64,000 nt of DNA, taken from the NCBI GenBank assembly GCA_041660505.1, contig JBAZWG010000001.1:179979-243978 (forward strand). Direction: 5' to 3'. Made by a program: the position numbers and the translations under genes. This document shows, in pieces, positions 8,822-18,500 of the stretch (its first letter is position 1; every line of letters begins with the position of its first letter). The stretch comes from Minisyncoccota bacterium. GTDB taxonomy: Bacteria > Patescibacteriota > Minisyncoccia > Phycocordibacterales > JACRKE01. The notes beneath the pieces were generated by a model, which ran no database searches, was not told the origin of the DNA, and saw nothing but the letters and a program-made list of their open reading frames with translations.

Positions 8822-11170
8822 TTACTTCATTGCCACGGGTGCTAGGTCTATCTCGCAGACGCCGGCCACACAGGCGAGCTCGGCTTTGGATGTCGTATAG
8901 TCGTCGTATTCATACAAGACTATCTTCGAGAAGTCTATCGGTGGGAATTTCTTGGCCAGTTCTTCGTACCGCTCTTTCGTAATCTCTTCATACGGCGCGA
9001 GCTGATAAACGTGATTATTGCGCGGGAGGAATGAGAGACCGCCGATTATATCCCAATTCTCATAAACCCAAGAGCCAACTTTGAACCATTCATCGTCAGA
9101 AACAGACACGGTACAGGATGGGTTGTGCTCGGTGTAATTAAGCTTAATCATCTTCCAATACTCAAGCAGGTCGAGAGCAGAAACTTCGTTCTTTGTCACT
9201 GACCCTTCCGGCGCTTTGACGGGGAATTCGACCACGAACGTGGTCGCGGTCGCCGCATTCTGGCCCACCTCCGGATGATACGGCACGCCCAAATCGCGCA
9301 TCATATGGAAGACGGGGCTGAATGATTCCACGCGGACGCGGCGGATGTAGTAAGGCGCGTGGCGCGGGTGCATGCCGGACGATGAGTCCAAGAATTGCGA
9401 GGTGTTACCGGACGGCTTGATACAAGTTATGGCAGTCGACTCATTAATACCGAAGCGTTTGGCGTATTTTTTATTCGTCTCGATGGCAGCTTCGCGCATT
9501 TTGCGCAACACCTTGGGATTCTTAAGTGCCGGACAATCGTACATGCCGGTGATGCCGACGCCAAGAAGCGCTTCTTCTTCGCAATTCTTCTTCCATTCCG
9601 GTGAGAGATATTTGAAGTCGGTAAGCATCGCCTGATAGGTGCCCAGAATAGTGGCGATCTTAGTTTTCTGTATCAAAGTCCTTTCTGTATCCTCCGGTCG
9701 AGCTGTCACTTGGGTGAGGTTACAGAACTGCTTCGACTTGAGCACAATCTCTCCGCACGGATTCATGCCGGCATAGCGATAATCTTTCTCAAACTTCTTC
9801 CATCTTCTATCCGGAAGCTGTTTCTTGAGCGAGCCTCGGTTATAAATACCGCGTTCGCCGGAGCCTGCCTTGACGAGATTAATCCACTCATCCATAAGCT
9901 CTTCCATCCCCGGCTTGTTAATATACGCCACCGAGTTATTGGCCATACTGCGCTGAGGCTCGGTAATATAAAATTGACCGTTCTTGGCTTCGCGCATTTC
10001 GAGATCATCGAGATCGGAGAGTGAGATAAGTGCCGCCCGGCGCGAACCGCCGATAACGACGCTCGTGCCAATCTTGCAGACAATATCATGAATATCAATC
10101 GGGGCCATATGCCTCCCCTGCTTTCGCAATATTTTACCCTTGACGAACTCGAGGAGCTCGCGCAATGGTTCCGGACCGGAAGCGCGGCTACCCATGGTGA
10201 CAAGCCTGGCGCCCTGCGGACGAACCTTGGAGAAGTCGAACTTTACATCTTTGCCTGATGCCCAAACGTTGCAACCATGGACGAGCGCGTCGGCCCAACC
10301 CTCTTTAGAATCTCCGACCACGTGCGTCGGCAACATCTCCCCTGTCTGGGGCTCAATAATCGGGAACTGTTCGGCGGTCTGACGTTCAACAGAGAAGCCG
10401 AGGCCGGACCCGCACATCAATATATAGATAATCTCGCCGAAGTCTTGCCACTTCGTCGGTGCGATATAAGAGCAGTTGTAGGCGCAGATGTTGGTATAAC
10501 GGCAAGCAGGACCGGCGCTGAATTGTAAGCGGGCGGAGCCGAGCACATCCAGCCTTAACATAGACTCGCCTATTTCTTTATATTCCGCCTCGGTCAATTT
10601 ATTCTTGACCTTCTCTTTCATAAAGCTCATATAGCGCTCAACAGTCTCAACCCAAGCCTCACGGCGGCCCTTCTCGGGAATCCATTTGGAATAAGCGGTG
10701 TAATACACGTATTCTTGCAGGGGATTTTTGAAGTATTTTTTACTCTCGGCTACAAGCTTCCGAACCTCTTCCGGGACGGTACGTTGGGCTATTCTCTGTT
10801 TGGCATGACGTTCGCGGAATAAAATGTAAGACTTGGCGGTAACAACGAAGTCCATTAACATCAGTTCTTTCTCCACGATATCTTGCACGCCTTCGACTGA
10901 CGGCACATAGCCTTTATCTTTCTCCACGATACCCATAAGCTCGCGGACGACGCCGGCGCACACCATCTTGGCCGCCTCCGGACTGCCCTCTTTGGTATCA
11001 TTGAAGGCTCTTTGGATGGCATTGGTTATGAACTGCGGGTCGAACGGTACTATCCGGCCGTCGCGCTTCCTTATCAACTTCGGCAACTTCATACCCTTGA
11101 AACCGCCTGCGTTTTTAGCTTTCTTGTCCTGACTCTCTTTCTTCGCTTTCGCGATAGGTTTTTTGGGCAT
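8822..11170 (-). CDS. nrdJ: ribonucleotide reductase, class II (adenosylcobalamin-dependent) with N-terminal ATP-cone
   Basis: 782 aa. An ATP-cone (KRDGRIVPFDPQFITNAIQRAF) and the active-site motif NPCGEI are present. There is no adjacent nrdB-like gene, and a C-terminal Cys pair is present. Confidence 0.8.
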   Translation of the reverse strand: MPKKPIAKAKKESQDKKAKNAGGFKGMKLPKLIRKRDGRIVPFDPQFITNAIQRAFNDTKEGSPEAAKMVCAGVVRELMGIVEKDKGYVPSVEGVQDIVEKELMLMDFVVTAKSYILFRERHAKQRIAQRTVPEEVRKLVAESKKYFKNPLQEYVYYTAYSKWIPEKGRREAWVETVERYMSFMKEKVKNKLTEAEYKEIGESMLRLDVLGSARLQFSAGPACRYTNICAYNCSYIAPTKWQDFGEIIYILMCGSGLGFSVERQTAEQFPIIEPQTGEMLPTHVVGDSKEGWADALVHGCNVWASGKDVKFDFSKVRPQGARLVTMGSRASGPEPLRELLEFVKGKILRKQGRHMAPIDIHDIVCKIGTSVVIGGSRRAALISLSDLDDLEMREAKNGQFYITEPQRSMANNSVAYINKPGMEELMDEWINLVKAGSGERGIYNRGSLKKQLPDRRWKKFEKDYRYAGMNPCGEIVLKSKQFCNLTQVTARPEDTERTLIQKTKIATILGTYQAMLTDFKYLSPEWKKNCEEEALLGVGITGMYDCPALKNPKVLRKMREAAIETNKKYAKRFGINESTAITCIKPSGNTSQFLDSSSGMHPRHAPYYIRRVRVESFSPVFHMMRDLGVPYHPEVGQNAATATTFVVEFPVKAPEGSVTKNEVSALDLLEYWKMIKLNYTEHNPSCTVSVSDDEWFKVGSWVYENWDIIGGLSFLPRNNHVYQLAPYEEITKERYEELAKKFPPIDFSKIVLYEYDDYTTSKAELACVAGVCEIDLAPVAMK

Positions 11171-11220
11171 AAAATTTATAAAAATTTAGTAAAGGAGACT
11201 TCATTGTACTTACGTGCGCA

Positions 11221-11253
11221 ACAAAAAACAGTGGAAAACTTTTTTCCCACTGC
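11221..11253 (-). terminator. rho-independent terminator downstream of the PAP2 gene, within the nrdJ 5' region
   Basis: Minus sense CAGUGGGAAAAAAGUUUUCCACUG followed by UUUUUUGUU. It is flanked by GTGCGCAA direct repeats at 11216 and 11276. Confidence 0.5.
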
Positions 11254-11289
11254 ATCAGAAAACGTTCGCAAAAAGTGCGCAAGGAATTT

Positions 11290-11838
11290 TCAGAATTGCG
11301 CCTGCCGCGAAGCCTTTTCCCACCACTTGACAGTAATGTAAAGTACTGTGCTCGCTATAATTATACTCGCGAACACGTCGGTCAGATAATGTTCGCCAAG
11401 ATATAACCTGCTTATCGGTATCAAGATAATAAAAAGCATACTGATAATGCGCACAACTCCCCGCCAAGCGCTGTTCTGAACGAACTTAGTTGCATACCAA
11501 ATCAAGAATCCAAAGAAAAATACCGCGAACGCCGCGTGACCGGAAGGGAAAGATGGGTCGGTCTCAAGTACCACCGCGAGTAACTGCCTAGGGCGATTCA
11601 TGAGATACTTAAGTGTGAACACAATAATCTCATTAGCCACGAGCCCCCAAACGAAATACTTGATAAGCACCTTTTGTTTACGCCATACAAGATAAAGGCA
11701 GAATAAAACAGCGAGCAAGACTACCGCCCTACTACTGCCAAAGAAAGTAACGAATTTGAATACAGAAACACCCGCATCAGAACGCAAGGCATAAAACCAG
11801 AGAGAAACCTGTTGATCTATAGAATACATTAGAGCCAC
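11290..11838 (-). CDS. PAP2-family phosphatase (undecaprenyl-diphosphatase-like)
   Basis: Multi-TM protein with the PAP2 signature ...SFPSGHA... and a KxxxxxxRP-like motif (NRPRQ). Confidence 0.7.
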   Translation of the reverse strand: MALMYSIDQQVSLWFYALRSDAGVSVFKFVTFFGSSRAVVLLAVLFCLYLVWRKQKVLIKYFVWGLVANEIIVFTLKYLMNRPRQLLAVVLETDPSFPSGHAAFAVFFFGFLIWYATKFVQNSAWRGVVRIISMLFIILIPISRLYLGEHYLTDVFASIIIASTVLYITVKWWEKASRQAQF

Positions 11839-12350
11839 AGTTTTGCCAGCCTTGGTTGTATGTAGCGATCCAAACCGATGTGGCCGACGATGCGCCAGGC
11901 TAGGATTAGGAAGATACCGAGTAAGAGTAATTCCGGATTGGTGCTGACCGTACCGGCGAAGAGATAGTTTGCATTCATGAATACTCCGAAGAACGCGGCT
12001 ACGCTAGTGAATACGCCGAGGATAAGGGCGATGCCGACGAGGAGCTCGCCGTAAGCCACGAGGTACGACCAAAACTCCGGATATGGAATGACTAACGTGT
12101 TCAGAAACCATGCGTACCAGTTCGGGACATCAGGATGCAAGCCCGCCGTCTTCGTAAGTGAGACTGTTGAAAATTTGACGATGACCGTGCCCGCCCCGCT
12201 CCCAACCCACATATCACTAATAACTTTCTCCCATCCTGCGGTTATCCATGCGTATCCGACGTAAAGCCGGACGATGAGCCAGATCCAGCTACTCTGTGTG
12301 TTATGAAAGAACCATGATGCAATCGACATATCCTTCGCGATATATGACAT
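11829..12350 (-). CDS. DoxX-family membrane protein
   Basis: 173 aa with 4 TM helices and a DoxX-like RLYVGYAWITAGWEKV motif. It overlaps the downstream PAP2 gene by 10 nt. Confidence 0.55.
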   Translation of the reverse strand: MSYIAKDMSIASWFFHNTQSSWIWLIVRLYVGYAWITAGWEKVISDMWVGSGAGTVIVKFSTVSLTKTAGLHPDVPNWYAWFLNTLVIPYPEFWSYLVAYGELLVGIALILGVFTSVAAFFGVFMNANYLFAGTVSTNPELLLLGIFLILAWRIVGHIGLDRYIQPRLAKLWL

Positions 12351-12489
12351 AAACTAGTTTTCCTGCCCGACATTGCCTGCGGCTTCAGTCGCTGGCAGGC
12401 GGGTAGTTATTATATATAATCATAATAGTATACACCAAACACCCCTCATCTTTCCAGACAAGAGGTGTTTTGTTATGCACTGTGGAATC

Positions 12490-13098
12490 CTATTGATTCG
12501 TCACGAGCGTCTTGTGGGTCGTCCACATAATATTGCCAGAACCGTCAACCGACTCGCGAACGTAGTAGTACGCGGTGTTGGGCTGAAGTCCGGTAAGCGT
12601 GATACTGCTACCGAGATTGTAGCTATTCGTACCTACGCTGGATGCACTAGCATAGAGGAACGGCCAACCGGTACCGAACATGACACGGCTCTTGGCCGGC
12701 TCGTTCGTAGTCCACGATAATGTCGCCGAATTATTGCTCTTACTCACGTTTGTGCTACCCATGAGCGGCGCATTAGAATCAAAGGAGGAGTTGCCGTTAC
12801 CAAGACCATTATTGCTGTTGATTGACGCGCGCGTAATCGGACCGACAGTGCCCGTTTGCGAGATACCGTTCGCGGCTTGGTAGCGCACAACCGCAGCTCT
12901 GGTCAATGAACCGAACGTTCCCGTAATCAAACCTTCGGGATAGATTGAGCTGTCACTGGCTAGGAAGGTCTGCAACTCTATAACTTCGGAACCGGTGGAA
13001 CCAACCGAGAGATTCTGCGTAAGCGTTGACGCACTGGCCGTACCGGCAAAGAGGCCGAATATTGCGAGTGCCGCGATGAATGTTTTATTATATGTCAT
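12490..13098 (-). CDS. secreted protein with peptidoglycan-binding-like and Fn3-like domains
   Basis: Signal peptide MTYNKTFIAALAIFGLFAGTASAS. A PG_binding_1-like segment (GSTGSEVIELQTFL...VVRYQAANGISQTGTVG) and a C-terminal beta-rich Fn3-like region are present. Confidence 0.5.
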   Translation of the reverse strand: MTYNKTFIAALAIFGLFAGTASASTLTQNLSVGSTGSEVIELQTFLASDSSIYPEGLITGTFGSLTRAAVVRYQAANGISQTGTVGPITRASINSNNGLGNGNSSFDSNAPLMGSTNVSKSNNSATLSWTTNEPAKSRVMFGTGWPFLYASASSVGTNSYNLGSSITLTGLQPNTAYYYVRESVDGSGNIMWTTHKTLVTNQ

Positions 13099-13187
13099 AA
13101 ATTTTATTTAAGTTAATAACACTTTGTGCGACCTTTATTGCCTTGCCTTATTGTAAGTGATGCCGATCGAAGACCTATTCTATTACG

Positions 13188-13739
13188 TCATCTATTCACC
13201 GCCTTAAGCTCGTTGACCTCGTTTTCCAGTTTGATTATGTATTTTTCCAACTTATGAACTCTTTCGTTAAGCTTCAACTCCAGCTGCTTGGCATGGCCGG
13301 CCAGAGTCTCCGCAACCACCATCATGTCGGTAATATCTTCCATCGCCAGTAAGATTATCGGCGGTAATTGTTCGGAAACGTTATCTTCTTTGAAGTGGAT
13401 CTGTCTGGCGTTCAAGATCATGACCTTGCGCCCGATGAAGGGAAATTCGTGCGTCACTTCGAAGCCCTTAAAGAAAGTGTTCTTCGGCAAAATATCTTCG
13501 AGCAACTTGCGCAGAGCCGGGATATCCCACTGGTGATTCCCGAGCTCATATATCACCTGGCCTTCGGTATCCTTATGCTCGACCTGGAAGGTTCGGTAGA
13601 ACGGCTCGTTGGCAACCATTACGCGCAAATCTTTATCGAGTATCAAAACCGGTTCACGGACCACATCCACGACTGTCTTGATATACGTCCAGCTCTTTTC
13701 CCACAGATGCTCGACGAATTCTTTGTCATTTGTTTTCAT
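13188..13739 (-). CDS. PAS domain protein with C-terminal coiled coil
   Basis: PAS-like core (LILDKDLRVMVANEPFYRTF...GRKVMILNARQI) followed by a heptad region. Confidence 0.6.
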   Translation of the reverse strand: MKTNDKEFVEHLWEKSWTYIKTVVDVVREPVLILDKDLRVMVANEPFYRTFQVEHKDTEGQVIYELGNHQWDIPALRKLLEDILPKNTFFKGFEVTHEFPFIGRKVMILNARQIHFKEDNVSEQLPPIILLAMEDITDMMVVAETLAGHAKQLELKLNERVHKLEKYIIKLENEVNELKAVNR

Positions 13740-13827
13740 ACAGATATTGCCGTTATCGGTGATACATTATTACAAGTCGAGTAGCTATTCCTGTGATGCG
13801 GTGCTACACTTGAGTAACAATAGACGT

Positions 13828-13841
13828 GTAATATTACACTT
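13828..13841. promoter_or_regulatory. perfect 14-bp palindrome GTGTAATATTACAC in a divergent intergenic region
   Basis: Lies between the divergent PAS-protein and ECF-sigma genes. Candidate operator. Confidence 0.3.
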
Positions 13842-13861
13842 ACGCGTTCGTCTTCAATAAT

Positions 13862-14386
13862 ATGAATGCCAAGCAAGAAACAGCTAGCAATAGCACTCTG
13901 ACGTCGGCCCACCACGATTTCGAAAAAGGGCTTAATTCCTATGCCTTTTTTAAGGTTAGCGACCATGCGACCGGCGAGGATCTAGTGCAAGATACATTCC
14001 TAAAAACCTGGCGCTATCTGGTCAAGGGAGGCAAGATAGAAGTAATGAAAGCCTTTCTCTATCATGTTCTAAATAACCTTATCGTTGATCAATATCGCAA
14101 ACGCAAAACTGCGTCGTTGGACGTGTTGCTCGAAAAAGGTTTCGAGCCTGTCGCGACCGCAAGCACGAGCGAATCTTCTCGTCTTTTGAATATCCTTGAC
14201 GGTCGAGCGGCAATGCTCCTTATCGCTCGCCTGCCCGAAGCTTACCGAAAAGTCATGCGCATGAAGTATGTCCAAGATCTTTCGCTTAAAGAAATGTCGC
14301 GCATCACCGGTCAGACAAAAAACGCGTTGGCCGTACAACTGCACCGCGGTCTGGCCAAACTCAAAATTTTGTACCGCCACAAATGA
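13862..14386 (+). CDS. RNA polymerase sigma factor, ECF (sigma-70 family)
   Basis: Region 2 (DLVQDTFLKTWRYL...FLYHVLNNLIVDQYRKR) and region 4 HTH (LPEAYRKVMRMKYVQDLSLKEMSRITGQTKNALAVQLHRGLAKL) are present. Confidence 0.75.
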   Translation: MNAKQETASNSTLTSAHHDFEKGLNSYAFFKVSDHATGEDLVQDTFLKTWRYLVKGGKIEVMKAFLYHVLNNLIVDQYRKRKTASLDVLLEKGFEPVATASTSESSRLLNILDGRAAMLLIARLPEAYRKVMRMKYVQDLSLKEMSRITGQTKNALAVQLHRGLAKLKILYRHK

Positions 14387-14413
14387 GCTTTCGGCGACCC
14401 AAGTTTCAATCTG

Positions 14414-14500
14414 CGGATCGGGTGGGATTCGAACCCACGAGACTATTGCTAGTCTGGCAGTTTAGTAAACTGCTGCCTTCAACCACTCGGCCACCGATCC
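14414..14500 (-). tRNA. type-II (long variable arm) tRNA, Ser-like, nominal anticodon ACU
   Basis: Reverse complement GGAUCGG-UG-GCCGAGUGGUUGAAGGC-A-GCAGU-UUACUAA-ACUGC-CAGACUAGCAAUAGUCUCG-GUGGGUUCGAAUCCCAC-CCGAUCC-G. The acceptor pairs fully. The D-arm is Ser-like. The anticodon loop UUACUAA gives ACU in place of the usual GCU. Confidence 0.7.
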
Positions 14501-14573
14501 TTGCGAATTACCAGACTATCACATTTACCGGCTAGAAAAAAGGTGGAAATAATGCTAGATTTATCAAGTATTT

Positions 14574-14662
14574 GGAGCCGTGGTGGAGTGGTCTAACATA
14601 CCTCTTTGCTAAAGAGGCGGCCGGGTAAAACTGGCCCGCGAGTTCGAATCTCGCCGGCTCCG
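14574..14662 (+). tRNA. tRNA-Ser (anticodon GCU)
   Basis: GGAGCCG-UG-GUGGAGUGGUCUAACAU-A-CCUCU-UUGCUAA-AGAGG-CGGCCGGGUAAAACUGGCCCG-CGAGUUCGAAUCUCG-CCGGCUCC-G. Type II with a long variable arm. Confidence 0.9.
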
Positions 14663-14698
14663 TTTGTAAAATTTTATTAATCTTTATATAATACGTTC

Positions 14699-15187
14699 AT
14701 GCAATCAGCACCATTGCCGGAAAACGAGGAAGAGCGATTAAAGAAGGTTATTGAGCTCGGCATATTAGATACCGAACCGGAGGAGAGGTTCGACGCTATT
14801 ACACGCGACGCGATCAAGGCGTTCGACGTTCCTATTTCGACTATCACTATAATGGATTCGAATCGCGAGTGGTATAAATCCTGCCAAGGAGTGGATGTAA
14901 AGGAGATGCCGCGAGAAGTCTCATTCTGCGCTCATGCCATGCTGGCGAAGGACACCTTCATTGTCGAAGACACTCTGCTCGATGACCGCTTCAAGGATAA
15001 TCCGATGGTGACAGGCAAACCGTACATCCGCTTCTATGCCGGTGTCGCTCTAAAGAAAGACGGCCTGACCGTCGGCGTCTTCTGTATCAAAGATACTAAA
15101 CCAAGAAAGCTGACTGTAGAAGATGTCGCTAGGCTTATTGTCTTTGCCGAACGTGCCGAAGCCGAGTTGAATAAGAAAAATGCCTAA
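14699..15187 (+). CDS. GAF domain protein
   Basis: GAF-like core (...FDVPISTITIMDSNREWYKSCQGV...SFCAHAML...YIRFYAGVALK...). Confidence 0.6.
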   Translation: MQSAPLPENEEERLKKVIELGILDTEPEERFDAITRDAIKAFDVPISTITIMDSNREWYKSCQGVDVKEMPREVSFCAHAMLAKDTFIVEDTLLDDRFKDNPMVTGKPYIRFYAGVALKKDGLTVGVFCIKDTKPRKLTVEDVARLIVFAERAEAELNKKNA

Positions 15188-15593
15188 AACACTTCTTAAC
15201 CCTCCCGGGTTCCCGGGTGCTACCAGCGCTTTCTCTCACGGCGTCAAGATAGACTTGAACGACGCGGAGATAATATTCGTCACCGGTCAGGTGGCGATAG
15301 ACGAGCAAGGCAATGTGCTCTTTGCCGACAGTATCGCGAAGCAAACAGAATTTGTTTTCGAGAATATAAAGAAAATTCTGGCCGAAGGCGGAGCCTTGCT
15401 TGATGATATAGTGAAAGTGACTATTTACTTAACCCATCTGCACGCCGCAACATTCGCCGAGGTTGCCGCCGTGCGTAATAGATATCTCGCTAATGCAAAA
15501 GCCGCGAGCACTCTTGTAGGAGTGGCAAAGCTGGCCAAAGACGCCTGCCACGTCGAGATTGACGCAATAGCGGTGAAGAAAAAGATTATCTAG
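15180..15593 (+). CDS. RidA/YjgF/TdcF family reactive-intermediate deaminase
   Basis: 137 aa with family motifs IIFVTGQVAID and VKVTIYLT...AAVRNRY. It overlaps the upstream GAF gene by 8 nt. Confidence 0.8.
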   Translation: MPKTLLNPPGFPGATSAFSHGVKIDLNDAEIIFVTGQVAIDEQGNVLFADSIAKQTEFVFENIKKILAEGGALLDDIVKVTIYLTHLHAATFAEVAAVRNRYLANAKAASTLVGVAKLAKDACHVEIDAIAVKKKII

Positions 15594-18500
15594 TTGCCGA
15601 ACACTGTTACGAGCATAGCGCGCGTCGCAGGACCGACGACTCCGTATCCGATCGCTCCCCTTTTCGCGATACCATACTTCTCTTGGAATTTCTGGACAGC
15701 TTGAAGTGTCAGATTGCCGAAGTAGCCGGTGACTTGTCCATTCTTATATATAGACTTATCTTGAGCCAATAGTCTCTGGAGCAGAGTAACACTGCTACCT
15801 CTAGAACCAATGACCAACACAGAGTTGATGCTTGAAGCGCCCTTAATAGTTGCGGGTACTCGAACTTGTGTTTGTGCTCTTTTAGAAATTACGGGGTGGA
15901 GAAAAATGAAACTGTCTGCCGGCGTAACTGTGGGTACTACTTTCTCCATCACCTTAGGCTTAGCATCACTAAACAATCCCATCACCCAGCCGTAGATAGG
16001 GCCGTTGTTGCTAGCGAGACGGACCACCTCAGGCACGGCTGTTAATGTGCCGAAGGTCGTGAAGTGGTAAGTTAAGACTTTCGTCTGCAGGCCATTACTG
16101 ATACCGCATTCGCCGAACGGTGTCGGATCTGTCGGAGAGGAATATGTACCGGCGCAAGTTGAGAGCGTCTGCCAAGTGTCTGAGCCGGCCATCTTGAATA
16201 CCATTGTCTTAACAGTGTCGAATGTGAGAGTAACTGCTTTGTCAAATATGAGAGTAACATCGGCTGAACCGATCTGTATAGCATCGCCGACCAAAAAACC
16301 GGATGGCGAAGTGCCAGCACTACTACCCGTAATGGGCGGGGTTATTTTGCCGTCCCAGTCGGTGGGGCCCATTATGGACGTGGCATCAGGGATAGACAAA
16401 CTTGTGCCGGAGACTGCCGAACCGGTAATGACTACTGGAGAGCCAGTCGTACCGGAATTAAGAGTGAAGCCGGTGCCGACTGTGACAGTCTTATCCGCAA
16501 TCGTTTGGGGTTGAGTCAAGTCGACAGAGACAAGCGAACCGCTCGTGAATGCGCCAAGCGGCAAGATTGAACCATTAAGAGTTAAGTTGCCACCAGAGAT
16601 TGATGACAGACTAGTGGACGCAGACAACGGGGAGGATTCGGAAAGGACCAGTGTTGTAATAGAACTCGGCATGGTGACACCGCCAGAAGAAGTTCCTTCG
16701 AACACGACCGGTTCACTGCCACCGGTTACGGTGGTACCGCTCGTCGTCAGGGATTTGAAGTTTCTTGTGGCAGAAGTGTTAACGTTACCGGCAAGGTCGT
16801 TGCAGGTGACAGTCAAAGTATGAGCTGTGCCTGTTATGCCGGTAATTGCGCTAGCAGTATGAGTGGTTCCTCCGGTCGTGGCGAAGGCAACCGAGTCCGC
16901 GCCATCGTATGAATATGTGCAGGTTGCCGCTTCATTGGTTGTGACTTGCGGGGTAGTTGAAGTGGCAATCATAGAACCTTCTGTCGGAGTCGTGATGCTG
17001 ATCGTAGGAGTAGACTTATCGAAGGTGACGCCAGAGCCGGAAGTGATAGCCGTCACCGCAGAAGCGGCGTTGCCAACGATATCTGTCGGAGTGATACTAA
17101 ACTGTATCACCTGTTGGGTGTCGCCGGATATCATCGTGGTCGAGGCCGTCCATGACGTACCGGAGCCTGTAATATTCGCACTGCGGCTGGCAATAAGAAC
17201 AGTAGGAGTTGTAATGCTTTCGTTGGCAGTAAATGTTAAGGTGACGATATCGTTCGTTGTGGCTCTGGAGGCGGTCGTATTGTTGTTCGAGGCGATCGTG
17301 ACAGGAGAAAGCGTCGGGGCAGATTTATCGAAGGTTACATTGGAACCGGAAGTGACAGCGAGCGCGGTCGTGCCGACATTCCCCGCCAAGTCAACCGGTG
17401 TAATGGCAAAGCTAATGGCGCTTTCGGTATCGCCGGTCTCCATCGTCTGCGTGGCGCTCCAGGATGAATTCGAACCTGATACACTGGCCGCTCTGCCAGC
17501 GATGGTTACCGTTGGCGTCTTGATATTCTCATCTGTTGTAAATATGAGCGTCACAATATTGGCCACCTTCGCAAGTGTGTTGGTCGTGTTGTTGGAAGAT
17601 ATCGTGACGGTTGACACTGCCGGTGGGGTTTTGTCGAAGCGAACATTAGAGCCCGACGTGATGGCGGTGACGGCGATGCCGGAGTTGCCTGCCATATCAA
17701 TAGGTGTTGCCGAGAACGTAACTGTGCCGTTCGTGTCCCCCGTCTCCATCGTGGTCGAGGCTGTCCACGACGTGCCAGAGCCAAGGACAGTTGCAGGGCG
17801 ACCGAAGATTGTGACAGTCGGCGTGGCGATGGCTTCAGAACTTGTGAACGTAAGGGTCACAATATCAGCGACTTTTGCGAGCGTGTTAGTAGTATTGTTA
17901 GAAGATATAGTAACAGGCGAGAGGGTCGGTACGGTTTTGTCAAATACGACATTCAGACCTGTTGTGATGGCGGTAACAGCCGAGCCTTCGTTCCCCGCCG
18001 CATCTGTCGGCGTGATGGAAAATGCCACGGCCGTTTCGCTATCGCCGGACTGCATCGTCGTCGAGGCCGTCCACGTCGTACCCGAACCGAGTACAGTTGC
18101 GCTCCTGCCGGCAATGGTTACCACCGGCGTTCGCAAACTCTCGTCTGCCGTGAATGCGAGGGTAACGACATTATCTGTTTTCGCCAGAGTCGTCGATGAA
18201 TTGGATGATGAGATAGTAACAGTTGGCACGGTTGGAACTGTTTTATCAAAAGTGACAGCCGAGCCGTTGGACGTTGCCGTGACGGGCGTGGCCTCATTCC
18301 CTAACGTATCCGTGGCTGTCACCGAGAAGGTAACCACTGCTTCAGTATCTCCTGCTTGCATCGTGGTCGAGGCTTGCCATGTCGTGCCGGAGCCGGTGAT
18401 GTTCGCACCTCTACCATCGATGGTTACAACGGGAGTTTGAATGGATTTATTTGCTGTGAACGAGAGTGTAACGATGTCGTCTGTCTTTGCGCGCGTAGTG

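Noticed and set aside
11171-11290. Possible cobalamin riboswitch or NrdR box upstream of nrdJ
   Set aside because: The region is too short and lacks the B12-box. The palindrome CAGTGGAAAACTTTTTTCCCACTG is better explained as the terminator of the upstream PAP2 gene. GTGCGCAA direct repeats were noted but do not match NrdR boxes.
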